Origin: the human T2T-CHM13v2.0 reference genome, Homo sapiens
Length of the DNA: 64,000 bases
Reading direction: 5' to 3' (one strand)
Assembly (NCBI RefSeq): GCF_009914755.1
Contig: NC_060941.1
The notes under the pieces are model-generated. The model did no database searches. It was not told where the DNA came from and saw only the letters and a list, made by a program, of their open reading frames with translations. The position numbers and the translations under genes were made by a program. This document shows positions 13,234 through 25,504 of this stretch, one piece after another; position 1 is the first letter of the stretch; every line of letters starts with the position of its first letter.

Positions 13234-15344
13234 CCTTCAGCTCTCGGTCTTACTAACTTTGGGATTTTAAGTGAAACATATCACTTATCTGAGTCTACCT
13301 CCTCAGATGTAGAAGGTAGGGAGTAATTACTTTCTCCCCTCACAGGGTCATCGAAGGAACAGGTAGGATAATGTTAATGGAATACTTTGTAAACAGTTGA
13401 GCACTATATGGATATACAGGTTTGGTACCATCATAATTCACGGCTGTCTCATGCTAACAATGAATATATTTGTCTTATGCTTTATTCGATTGGACTCTCT
13501 GGAAAAGAAACAGTCATAAAATTATTTTTAAAACTTTGCCCAATAGCTCATTTCTTTTCAACCAGAACAATATTTTCTGCCATACTCTACAGAACCCATT
13601 AGCTAAGCACGAAGTATCATATACCCCCAAATTACTGCTAAATGCTGTTTACCCTCTAATCCCTTAATTCTATTCATCTGACATCACTTTATGGATCTCT
13701 CGCAAATAGCACAGTTCAAGTGTACAAGCATAGAGGATGGATTTGAATAATTGCATGTTTATGTTCAAGAATATAATAAAATATTTGCAGATCCAATTCT
13801 CTTTTCCAAGAGTAATACACCGTTCTATGTAAAGGCGAAGGGTTGGTTGCAAATTGCCTTCAGCATTTTAATGATAGTATTTAGGAAAGTAATAACAAGG
13901 CTTTGGTTAGAGGTCCTTTGCAAGTTTCTGGAATATAGATAGCTGAGTGTAGCATACCAGCAGATTTTAGCAAATTCATGAGGCTTCAAAGTTGATATCT
14001 GAAACACTGTCAAGTGCCAGATCTTTTGTTTGACTCTGTTAGTAAATGTAACAGATGGTTTGCAAACATGTTTGGGATCTGAAGGCTGACTGATTGTGTC
14101 AGTCTGATAGAAATAGAAGGCAGTCATTTACCACATCAGAATGTGAGAAAAGGAAAGCCTCGAAATTAAACCCTTAAAAGAGAGGGACTTTCTCACTGAG
14201 TCTAACAAGAGAGAACCTTGAGTTTAAAAGGTATGTTACCTCCACTCACATTTTACATGTTTCCTTTTATTTTATGCCAGTATGGAATATTAGAATAAGA
14301 TCCTGTCATGTTCCAAAAAACAAATAAAAACCATATGTGTCTCTTTGATGCAATAGTGAAATCACCATCATAGATAGATTTCCGTTGCCATAGGGATGAT
14401 TATGCTCTCACAGAATCCAGTAAGGCAACTTCGTCTCTGTGAATCCAGCTAAATGAGAGACAAAATTCTGTCTCTTTCTTTTCCAGTCTGCAAACAAGAA
14501 TATTGTTAACCTCGCAGAGACAGAAAGTTAATAGCTGGGCTCCTCTATTTGTCTGACTTGCACCTCTACCCTTCTCATCTCCGTGTTAAAGCATAATGTA
14601 GGTCAGCCAAGACCAAAGAAAGTTGTGGCTGTTACAGAAAATGCATGTGATAACATATATAGCTTTATTCTGGGACCAGTTTGAGGCAGACACAGGGCAA
14701 GAAAATTTCTGCAGTTTCAGCCTCTGAAACACAGGTGAAATGGCAGGCTTATTGGGGATTTCCATCTGGGCAGGTGCACAGAAGCTCAAGTCACTCCAAG
14801 AAGACTGCTGGTAAATGATTGGTATTGGATATTTGATTGGACTTCCCAAAATGAGAAGCAGACTTCAAAATGGAGAATTATGGAATAGCTCTTGAAGCAA
14901 ACTATACTCTGTTTTTTTCCATCCACGTTTAATTACGGGCCTTCCCTGTACCAGGCACTGTGTTGGCCACAGAAGATATGATTAAACAAACTGACAGGGT
15001 ATCGGCTCTGATGGGGCTTACACCCAACAGAGAGAAACAGACACCAGAGGAGGGCTCTCTGAGTTGGTTACATTTGAGCTAAGCTTTGCTACATCCAATG
15101 AGGAGTGCCATTTTATAAATGTTCCTACAGTAATTTCACACTTTCGTTTCACCATTTTTCTCTATCATGAACATTCCCAACAGGAGAAATGAAGATGCAC
15201 AGTGGCTACAACGTACCTAGTTATTGAATACTCAGAGAAGCAAGGGAAAAATCTAATGGAAAGGGTCAGCTGCAGTTTCACATTCCAGCTCAATCACTAG
15301 TTGAACAATTAACTTACCCGAGCTTGGGTTTCATCAGCAGTGCA

Positions 15345-15940
15345 TTGCTGACCTGACACCCTATCAACCCCCAATACTATAGTATGTATTTCTTATAAGT
15401 AAAGATATTGTCCAACATGACCCCAATACAGCCATCAAAATAGGACATTAGGATTGATATATTTATCTGATCCTCAGACTCCAAGTTTTGCCAAATGTCC
15501 TAATGGTATCCTTTACAGCAATAGTCCTGTTTAAAAGCATCTGTCTCTTTTAGTTGTCATATCACTTTAGCAACCTTTCATTTGGAGGAGTGCCTCCATC
15601 TGCCCTTGACATTCTTTAATAGATGAGTCAGTTATTTTGTAGTATGTCTGTCAATCTGGGCTTTTCTGTTTTCTCATAACTTGATGTGGACACCCTCTTC
15701 AAGCTGCTCAGTCTCTGACATAACAGACTTGGCTATCCTCCCACATGCACTCTCTCCTCACCCTGCTTGGTGAAAAGTTCAAAGGACCGCCTTCTTTACC
15801 TGTTTTCACTCTGATCCCCCATGCCATGTTGCCCACTGAAGGGATGCCCTTCTCACTCTATCGAGGTTCTAACACCTATGACAGGCAGTTCTCCTGTATA
15901 GATACCCAGGGTACTCTCAATTCTGGGCCACTGCACTCCT
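15345..15940 (-). mobile_element. Old L1MC4/5-like fragment
   Basis: ccccaatactatagtatgtatttcttataagtaaagatatt... followed by degenerate ctcctcaccctgct-type tandem units. Confidence 0.55.
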
Positions 15941-16007
15941 CTATATTCACAATTAATGTCTACCATATTCAGCTCCACCTATTGACTTTAGAATACAACT
16001 ATTCAGG

Positions 16008-16305
16008 GGCTTGGCACAGTGGCTCATGGCTGTACTCCCAGCACTTTTGGGAGGCCAAGGCAGGTGGATCACCTGAGGTTAGGAGTTTGAAACCAGCCTG
16101 GCCAACATGGTGAAACCCCATCTCTACTAAAAACACAAAATTAGCTGGGTGTGGTGGCACAGGCCTGTAGTACCACCTACTCAGGAGTCTGTGATGGGAG
16201 AATTGCCTAAACCTGGGAGGCGGACACTGCAGTGAGCTGAGAATGCGCCACTGTACTCCAACCCAGGTGACAGAATAAGGCTCCATCTCAAAAAAAATAA
16301 AATAA
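16008..16305 (+). mobile_element. AluSx-like
   Basis: ggatcacctgaggttaggagtttgaaaccagcctggccaacatgg; TSD aatacaactattcagg / aatacaattattcagg. Confidence 0.95.
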
Positions 16306-16935
16306 AATACAATTATTCAGGAAGAAAGGAAAGGAGAAAAAATCTTCAGAAAAGCAGAAGAGAAATAACATGATTACCATTTTGAATATTATTCCAGAAT
16401 GTTTCAAAGTCTAATCAGAGTTCTTCATATTATTTGCAAATAACACCAATTATCCTAGGACATACTGTCCAGAAGCCAGTGAAATCAAAACAACCGCCAC
16501 CATACTTTGCCTCCCCTCATAAGGAAGGCCATATTAAACACTCCTCTGCACAGGGCCAAAGCCACCTACTTGGGATATGTAAGCCTCTTAGCAGACAATT
16601 ATTCTGAATTTGCCCCAGCTGAGCTTAAGTTCCCTGCTTCTTTTCCCATCCCCACTGCTGACTTCTGTAGATGAACTCAAAATTCTCTTTATCCACAGGT
16701 AAACTTATGCTTTTATTTTTAGCGTGTCTCTGGTCGTGTTTATTTACCTAAATAAACATCCATCCCATTTCAACGTATATACGATAGAACTCGATGACTG
16801 ATGCATGTAAACACTTCTGATACATGTTATGTAGGGTCTGCTGACAATATTGCAGTCTTTTACTTTGCTGGCTATTATTATACATGAAACTAGATCTCAC
16901 TGGCCCATCACAGAGACAACAAGCCTTTACCTCAT

Positions 16936-16959
16936 CACACACACACAAACATATACGCA

Positions 16960-16997
<38 letters not shown>
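16936..16997. repeat. (CA)n/(CG) compound microsatellite
   Basis: Direct inspection. Confidence 0.95.
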
Positions 16998-16998
<1 letters not shown>

Positions 16999-17297
16999 TC
17001 TAAGGACCATAGTAGCTGACTGTGGATTCTGCATAACTCATTTATTCACCCACCTGTACTTTCAACACACATTTTTGAGTGTGGTTATTATGAAATTCAG
17101 GGATAGGCACTGGGTTTGAATACATGAATTCTGAACTAATCTCCAGGTTAGTGTCTGGTGAGGTTCAGTGGCGGAGCTAAATATGTACACAAATAATTAC
17201 AATCTATTGCTTTGCTGATTGCTTTTTCTCTTTTGACTTGTCTATCCAGTCAAGTCCCCTTAGTTGACAATGAATGGGGCCAAAGAAATATGTACTT

Positions 17298-17551
17298 GGC
17301 CGGGTGCAGTGGCTTGTGCCTGTAATCCTAGCACTTTGGGAGGCCGAGGTGGGTGGATTGCTTGAGCCTATAAGTTCGAGACCAGCATGGGAGACATGGT
17401 GAGACCCCATCTCTACTAAAAATACAGAAACTGAGGTGGGAGGATCACCTGAGCCTGGGAAAATTGAGGCTGCAGTGAGTCATGATCACACCACTGCACT
17501 CCAGTCTAAGCAGCAGAGTGACACCCTATCTCGAAAGAAAAAAAAAAAGAG
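17298..17551 (+). mobile_element. AluJ with internal deletion at the start of the right monomer
   Basis: ggattgcttgagcc, gaggctgcagtgag; jumps aatacagaaa|ctgaggtggg; TSD aaagaaatatgtact / aaagaaatctatatact. Confidence 0.9.
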
Positions 17552-17569
17552 AAAGAAATCTATATACTC

Positions 17570-18345
17570 TTTATTTTATTTTTAATATTCCATATATAGA
17601 AAAGTTCATAAAACTTAAATGCCAGTTTAATGAATAATGATAAACACTGATGTTCCCATTACTGAGCTAAAGAAAGAGAATACTGCCCATCTTCAGACTT
17701 CCCAGTCCTGATCCCCACAGAAGTAGCCATTATCGTGACATGCTGATGGATCATTTCCTTACTTTCTTCAGAGGTTTATCACCAAAGTATGCACCTCTAA
17801 AAAGTTTAGTCGTTTGCCTTTTTCAAGCTTTTGCATTAGTGAAATCATAGTGAATGCATTCTTTTTTTCTTGTTTCTTTCTTTCAACATTATTTGTATGA
17901 TTTATCTATGTTGTTTGTAACTGTATTGTGTTCATTTTAATGACATAAAATATTTTATTGTATGAATATATTTTGATATAGTTATATATTCCCCTCTTAA
18001 AGAACCATTGAATTTTTTCAAATCAGGGGCTATTATGAATAGTATAACTATAGACAATCTTTTGCTTACATCCTGATGCCCAGGAATATAAATGTTTCTA
18101 TATCTGAGTGTAATTACTAGATATTTGATCATATATATTCAACAATATCAGATAACATTTATCTTAAAAAATAATTGTATTAATTTATACTACCACTGGA
18201 AGTATTAAAAATTCCCATTATTCCATATTCTCGTCAACATTGGGATTATCAGGCTTTTAAATTTTTGTGAATTTGATAGATGACAGGTGTGTAATGACAC
18301 TTTACTGTAATTTCTATTTACATTCTCTTGATTATTTAAGAAATC
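17570..18345 (-). mobile_element. L1ME-type fragment
   Basis: Degenerate antisense L1 3' UTR/ORF2 (ggggctattatgaatagt..., taatttatactaccactggaag...). Confidence 0.7.
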
Positions 18346-19160
18346 AAACACTAATCCATGTACTCTTTCAAATTTTGACCATTAAGTCTGAAAAGATTGC
18401 TTTTTATCTAATGATGAATAAGCAAACATTCAGCATCAGGCTTGTGAAAAAATTACCATAGAAGGAAAATCCCTCATTCTTAACAACCAGAGGAAGAGAA
18501 TATTCTTTAGTAAGATTGGTATTAAAACATTTTCTCTTAAATAAAAAGGTTTCATCAAGATTTGGCCTTCATCAAATAGGAAGATAAATCTGTATAAAAT
18601 ACATAGTCTAAGTCATAAGAGACTACATTTTTAAAGATTGCAAGAAAATAAAACACACGAGTATAATAAAAAGATGTCTTATGAAGGCATCAAGGAACCG
18701 AAATAGGATTTGGAAAATTACATTGGTGGTGTTTGTCCATAAAGAAAGAACAGCAGAAAATGTGACATTGTATGTCCCTTTCTTTCCTCTATGCTTTCCC
18801 AGGCACATGTATCATAAATGTTGACTCATCCTCTACTCCTTTGACTTTTCCCAGTGTGTACACTCATGGTAATAAACCCTGTTTTGGTTAGTGCTTTACA
18901 GAGAATTCCTAACTAAGAACAAACAAAAAACTCCTGCATATTATTATTCTCCATCAGTCAACTTCCAATTATACTTGTTCCAATTTCTTTACCAGAGCCT
19001 CTCTTAGCAACCATCTGTTACGGCTCATTCTATTATGATGTCTGCCATTCTCCCTCTGTCCACTGGATCATTAAACTTAGATCTATTTCCATATTTTTTA
19101 CTTAATATTTTCCAGGAATCTGGTAGCCTTAACCAAGAGCTAAAGTTTCTTGTGCATTCT

Positions 19161-19483
19161 CTTTAAAAAATATTCTTAATTTTTGTGGGTACATAGTAGG
19201 TTTATATATTTTTGGGGTACATGAGACATTTTGATACAGACATACAAAGCATTATAATCACATCAGGGTAAATGGGGGATTCATCATCTCAAACATTTAT
19301 ATTTTCTTCGTGTTACAAACAATCCAATTACACTCTTTTAGTTGTTTTTAAATGTACAATAAATTATTGTTGACTGGAATCACCATGTTGTGCTATCAAA
19401 TATTAGAACTTATTCATTCTATCTAACTATATTTTTGTACCCATTAGCCATCCTTATTTCCCCTTTCCCCCCAACCCCTGCCA
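19161..19483 (-). mobile_element. L1MA 3' end, 5'-truncated
   Basis: ttttgtgggtacatagtagg...ggggtacatgaga...; 13-bp TSD tcttgtgcattct at 19148 and 19484. Confidence 0.9.
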
Positions 19484-20699
19484 TCTTGTGCATTCTTGAT
19501 TATGCTTAATGGTTAAACAGACTCTGTATAACAAATAAGGGCTTTCTTTAATCTGTGTTGCAATATTCTTGGAGTGCCCAGGGCTCAGACATAAAACCAA
19601 TACTAAGTCTATCTCTCACCAGTTATTTGAGACATTTCTGACTTTAGAATAAATGTCAAAGTCTTAATGTTTGCTCCTCAAAAATACCTACTGTCCTAAA
19701 GTAGTGTTAGTGGCTTTGTTCTAATTCAGATCAAGTCTATAGTTTTTATGGATATTTTAAGAACACGTACAAGCTTATATACATGCATGTACATCTGTGT
19801 GTGTTCATCTCCAGACTTTCAACCTAAGGGGTTTTGAACATATTAATTTGATTTGTATTTCAAGAGGTGAATGAAGCTCTGAAGTATTTTAATGTTCTTC
19901 TCTGTCCTTTTATTTTCTATTCGAATATATTCTGAGAAGTGTCTTCTTATTTAAGTCAGCTGATTAGTCCAAAGGGACAGATCGATGCTGTATAAACGCT
20001 AATGTGTTGCTTAGAGAACTTCATTTCAAAAGCACACCATTCAAGTTCATTTATGCATGTATTGTTTATTTGAATGTTGTGAAAGGCCAAATCACATGAA
20101 ACTTTAAGAGGACAGTGTTTCCAATCATTTGGACTTTGGCAAGTGCAATTTTGTTCAGTTTACCATAGCTTAGTTTAGTGCTGGTTTCAGTTTGGGAGAA
20201 AGCACTCTGTATGGGGGGAAAACAGCCAAGACATTGCTGATGACATTGGCAGTGTAGCCATTTTGGCGGGGGATCCTGGTCCCAATGTCCCATTTATTAA
20301 CTGTGATAGAAGTGACAAGTTATTCATCTTTTATTCCCCTTTTTCCTGTTGGTACAGGGGGAAAAATAGCCTGAATGATCCCTGTGGAACTTTGGGAGGA
20401 TGCTATATATACTTCAATATGTATAGTAACTTATTTGAATAACATTTATATCCATAGTGCCAAAGATGGTCTCAAAACGTTACCTAATCTAGCTGATTTC
20501 AGGCAAGAGCTATTCAAAGACTAAGACCATTATTTTACCCATAATCTGACATATCTCTGGAGAAAGATACTCAATAAACATTCTGCAAAATCAGCTCAAA
20601 TGATAGTTCCTTTTCTTAAAGCTTCTTTATATCTAATTCAAATCTCTTGCATTTGTAATTCATGTGTATTTCTTACATGCTATTCATGGCCAAAGGAAA

Positions 20700-21188
20700 A
20701 AAAAATTTAAGTTGTTTTTGATGTTGATAAACTAGCTATATACAACATAAATTTTGACGTGGAAAAATTTGTTATGAACAGTACATAGGCAAATTACAAG
20801 CTGAGGAATAAAACATCTGAAACTTAGAGATAAATGATATTTTTAACATATAAAGATTGCTCTTATAAGTCAGTTTGAAAAGACCAATAGCCCAATACAT
20901 AAATGGGCAGATAATCTAAACAGAAAGTTAAGAGGAAAGAAACTATACATTGTTCTGAAACATACAGAAAAATGCTCAGTTTCACTCTTCATGCAAATAA
21001 AAAGAATACTGAGATACCACTTTTTCAGCTTTGAGAATGGCAAAAAATAAAAAAGAGAAATTTGGCCCTTCACAAGGGCCTTTTAACCCAGAAAATCTGT
21101 TTCTTGGGATCTTACAGATACACCAGTACATGTATAGGATGATATATCTACAAGGTTATTAATTGCAACACTTTTTATAATAACAAAT
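20700..21188 (+). mobile_element. Old L1 (L1ME-like) ORF2 3' fragment; resumes about 22617-22950
   Basis: aaatgggcag...aacagaaag...aaaatgctcagtttcactc...atgcaaataaaaagaatactgagatacc. Confidence 0.7.
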
Positions 21189-22156
21189 TGTGGGGAAAAG
21201 CAAGAGAGATCAGATTGTTACTGTGTCTGTGTAGAAAGAAGTAGACATAGGAGACTCCATTTTGTTATGTACTAAGAAAAATTCTTCTGCCTTGAGATTC
21301 TGTTAATCTATAACCTTACCCCCAACCCCGTGCTCTCTGAAACATGTGCTGTGTCAACTCAGAGTTGAATGGATTAAGGGCGGTGCAAGATGTGCTTTGT
21401 TAAACAGATGCTTGAAGGCAGCATGCTCCTTAAGAGTCATCACCACTCCCTAATCTCAAGTACCCAGGGACACAGAAACTGCGGAAGGCCGCAGGGACCT
21501 CTGCCTAGGAAAGCCAGGTATTGTCCAAGGTTTCTCCCCATGTGATAGTCTGAAATATGGCCTCGTGGGAAGGGAAAGACCTGACCGTCCCCCAGCCCGA
21601 CACCCGTAAAGGGTCTGTGCTGAGGAGGATTAGTAAAAGAGGAAGGAATGCCTCTTGCAGTTGAGACAAGAGGAAGGCATCTGTCTCCTGCCTGTCCCTG
21701 GGCAATGGAATGTCTCGGTATAAAACCCGATTGTATGCTCCATCTACTGAGATAGGGAAAAACCGCCTTAGGGCTGGAGGTGGGACCTGCGGGCAGCAGT
21801 ACTGCTTTGTAAAGCATTGAGATGTTTATGTGTATGCATATCTAAAAGCACAGCACTTGATTCTTTACCTTGTCTATGATGCAAAGACCTTTGTTCACCT
21901 GTTTGTCTGCTGACCCTCTCCCCACAATTGTCTTGTGACCCTGACACATCCCCCTCTTTGAGAAACACCCACAAATGATCAATAAATACTAAGGGAACTC
22001 AGAGGCTGGCGGGATCCTCCATATGCTGAATGCTGGTTCCCCGGGTCCCCTTATTTCTTTCTCTATACTTTGTCTCTGTGTCTTTTTCTTTCCTAAGTCT
22101 CTCGTTCCACCTTACAAGAAACACCCACAGGTGTGGAGGGGCAACCCACCCCTACA
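21189..22156 (+). mobile_element. HERV-K(HML-2) solo LTR, LTR5_Hs, 968 bp
   Basis: tgtggggaaaagcaagagagatcagattgttac ... ggggcaacccacccctaca; full length and near-consensus; no PBS or gag follows. Confidence 0.97.
21719..21986 (+). promoter_or_regulatory. LTR5_Hs regulatory core: TATAAAA (21719), octamer-like ATGCAAAG (21879-21886), AATAAA (21981)
   Basis: Motifs read directly; positions match known HML-2 LTR organisation. Confidence 0.7.
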
Positions 22157-22171
22157 ACGATTTAGAATATC

Positions 22172-22606
22172 TTTTTTGTATTATACTTTAAGTTTTAGGG
22201 TACATGTGCACAACGTGCAGGTTTGTTACACATGTATACATGTGCCATGTTGGTGTGCTGCACCCATTAACTCTTCATTTAACATTAGGTGTATCTCCTA
22301 ATGCCATCCCTCCCCCCAACCCCCACCCCACAACAGGACCCGGTGTGTGATGTTCCCCTTCCTGTGTCCATGTGTTCTCATTGTTCAATTCCCACCTATG
22401 AGTGAGAACATGCGGTGTTCGGCTTTTTGTCCTTGCGATAGTTTGATGAGAATGATACAATTCACAATAGCAAAGACTTGGAACCAACCCAAATGTCCAA
22501 CAATGATAGACTGGATTAAGAAAATGTGGCACATATACATCATGGAATACTATGCAGCCATAAAAAATTATGAGTTCATATCCTTTGTAGGGACACGAAT
22601 GAAGCT
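22172..22606 (-). mobile_element. L1PA3/4-like insertion with 5' inversion (twin priming)
   Basis: 22172-22456 is antisense 3' UTR; 22457-22606 is the adjacent upstream L1 segment in sense; TSD tagaatatctt at 22163 and 22606. Confidence 0.92.
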
Positions 22607-23609
22607 AGAATATCTTAAAGGCCTTTCAGTATAAAGAAAGAATGATTTAAAGAATGAGGAAGTATCTGGATAGTGCTATGGAAAGATGCCTAAGGTATAT
22701 TTTAATAGAATATAGCACGTACACAGCAATGTTTGTAATATGCTACTACAATGAGGGTTTTAAAAAGGTGGACTAGATAGACAGACAAAGACAATTTCTG
22801 GAACAATGCATGAGTTGCAGTAATACTACTGTCCCTTGGAAGGGGAATTGTATGAGTCAGGAGACAAAATTTATACATTTCACTTCAAACGTTCTGCCAT
22901 GGTCAAGTATTATCTACTCAAGATAAAATAATTTGAATGCAAAAATTTAAATCTCTTATCAGTCCATTTGACTTCTATCTTTTTTTAACTTCTTTGTGTA
23001 TTAGTATTAATTTAACTTGTCTAATAGTAAGAAGTAGAAAAGATATAGAAAATTATTAAGATAAGTACACCATTATTATTACCCTCTGTATGGAAGTGTG
23101 ACATACACTTGTGTTTTTAATACAAGGCAGAATTGCGATAAGTGTTTTAATTGTGATAACTGTTTTAATAAAACTCTAATCTAAAAACAGCATTAAGTTT
23201 ATTGAAGAGAAATTCACAACAGGGAATGAGCAAAGGCTCATACTAGAGATGAATATATTTGTCTTGCCTTGATAAAGACAGAAAGTTGAGGATGGATAGA
23301 AAAGATAAGGCATTTTAGAAGGAATAGAAGGCACACAGCCTTATTTACTCATCTGCATCAACAAAAGCAAACAACTTAGCTGTTGGGACGACCTGCACTC
23401 GTAATGACATTCAAGTGACATTTAGTTAGCTAAGAATTTTGTCTATTTGCAATAAACTGTTTTGCAAATATTCCCCAATGAATTGACAAATGTTGCTATT
23501 GGTATTGTCATTATTATTTTTATTAACTGAATTGTCCAGTTATTTGTAATTTGTACTTATTACTATATAGTAAAATTTTGGAGTCATATCCAATAGGTTG
23601 GCAACCATG

Positions 23610-23755
23610 TGTGGCTGGCAGATTATGACTCTGCACAAGAGAACCCTGCCAATAAGTGAATCTAACACATGCAAATTTGAGGGTTGTGTTTACCTAGAAT
23701 GGGCACCTTTTTCTAAAATACTCAAAGAAACCATATGATCAAGTAATCTCCCTGT
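23610..23755. mobile_element. MER91-like hAT-Tip100 relic
   Basis: tagaatgggcacctttttctaaaatactcaaagaaaccatatg...ccctg. Confidence 0.45.
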
Positions 23756-24606
23756 TTTGCAGGGAAGCAAAGTTTTGTAACATGAAAATACTTTCACATT
23801 AATTGGTCACTTAATTGTCCCTTAGTTCCATTCAAATATTCCACCCTTATTCTAGTGTCTATTCCCACTAATTCATTCCATGTCACTCTAGAAAGTCCCT
23901 TATTGGTTGCTGGGTAATGCATATACAATATCAAAGAATACCCAAATAAAATATATATGTCAAAATACTGGTTTCATTAAAGAAATGGAAGTAATGAATA
24001 ACTGCTGGAGTAACCTGCAAAATCTTTAATAAATAAAATTCTGGAAAATTAGACCAGATAATGGTTCACAAAGAGAAATTCAATGATAGTTTTTGTAAAA
24101 CAGGCACTTGGAAAAGAAATAAAAGTGAAATAACTAAAGATAAAGAAATGCCTTAGAGAAAAACTAGTAAAAACAATTGTTGCAGTATTCATAATTCTGT
24201 TGTATTATATATGAATTTATTGTAAAAAATATCACATTTTGCTGTGATATATTTTTAAACACCGAAATATAAGCATTTTAGCTTAGTCTAATAATTGTAA
24301 TTAAATCTATTTTCATTAAATATAAGTTTACATATATTAATATTTACCTTTTAGGATATCTCTTAGTTGCATTCTCCAAGGTAAAGTTACCATTTAATAT
24401 TTTTTCTTCTTCTTTTTTTTTGCTATGAAATTGTATTTGGTCATTAAAGTTCCAGCTTAAAAGGCCTTTTTAATATTTTTCTTCATCAGTAGATTTTTTT
24501 GTAAAGGTGATTGTTTATTAAATAAAGCAATGCAATAAACTATGCCTACTATTTGTAAGTTAATATATAAAGCAATAATTTATTTTGGAAAGATAAGATA
24601 AATTCT

Positions 24607-24914
24607 TTTTCTTTTTTTTTTTTTTTTGAGACAAAGTCTCTCTCTGTTGCCCAGGCTGGAGTGCTAGAGTGCAGTGGCGTGATCTTGGCTCACTGCAACC
24701 TCTGCCTCATGGGTTCAAATGATTCTCTTGCCTCAGCCTCCTGAGTAGCTGGGATTACAGGTACACGCCACCACATGCGGCTAATTTTCATATTTTTAGC
24801 AGAGACAGGATTTCACCATGTTGATCAGGCTGGTCTCGAACTCCTGGCCTCATGATCCACCTGCCTCGGCCTCCCAAAGTGCTGGGATTAAGGCATGAGC
24901 CATTGTGCCCAGCC
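24607..24914 (-). mobile_element. AluS (Sg/Sc-like)
   Basis: Full antisense Alu; TSD gataagataaattct / gagaaaataaattct. Confidence 0.93.
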
Positions 24915-25504
24915 GAGAAAATAAATTCTATAAGTTCTGTTAGATATATTGCTGATAGCTTTATAAGTTTACATATAGCATAAATGAATGACAATTTGTC
25001 AATATTACAAAAATTTTGAATTTTTGTCCCAGCAAAACAGTTCTAAGACGTATGCTAAAAAATTTATGCAAGTTGGAAAGCATACATCATATCATTACTT
25101 ATAATACACAAATCTGAATGATATTCATGTCTAACAGTGGAGAATTGCTTAAACTATGGTATATCCATACAATGGACTATCACGTAGTGGTATTTGATAC
25201 TGACAAATGTTGATGCAGATGTACATTTATAGCTAAAAAAGATTTTCAGGAATTCATTTTTAAATAAAATAAAAATTATATATATAAATATCCTATGAGC
25301 TCATTTGAGTTTAGATAACCAAACCTTCCATGTGACTGAGCTGGAGCTCAACAGAGCTAACTTCATTGACCTATCATTCATTTTAACTATATAGAAGGAT
25401 ATGCCCACAAAACTTTCCATTTTGTGTAAAACTATAATATATTATATGTTTTCAAAAAGCTAGAAAAAGTTTTGAATGTTCATAACACAAAGAAATGATA
25501 AATG

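Noticed and set aside
16640-16705. Possible 28-nt microexon (ttctgtag...acag|gtaaac)
   Set aside because: Weak donor, no supporting context; such motifs are frequent by chance
21440-22301. ORFs overlapping the HERV-K LTR
   Set aside because: Solo LTR; no gag, pol, env, rec or np9 sequence is present
23900-24560. Possible hAT/Charlie transposase remnant
   Set aside because: Only vague resemblance in very AT-rich DNA; cannot support a call
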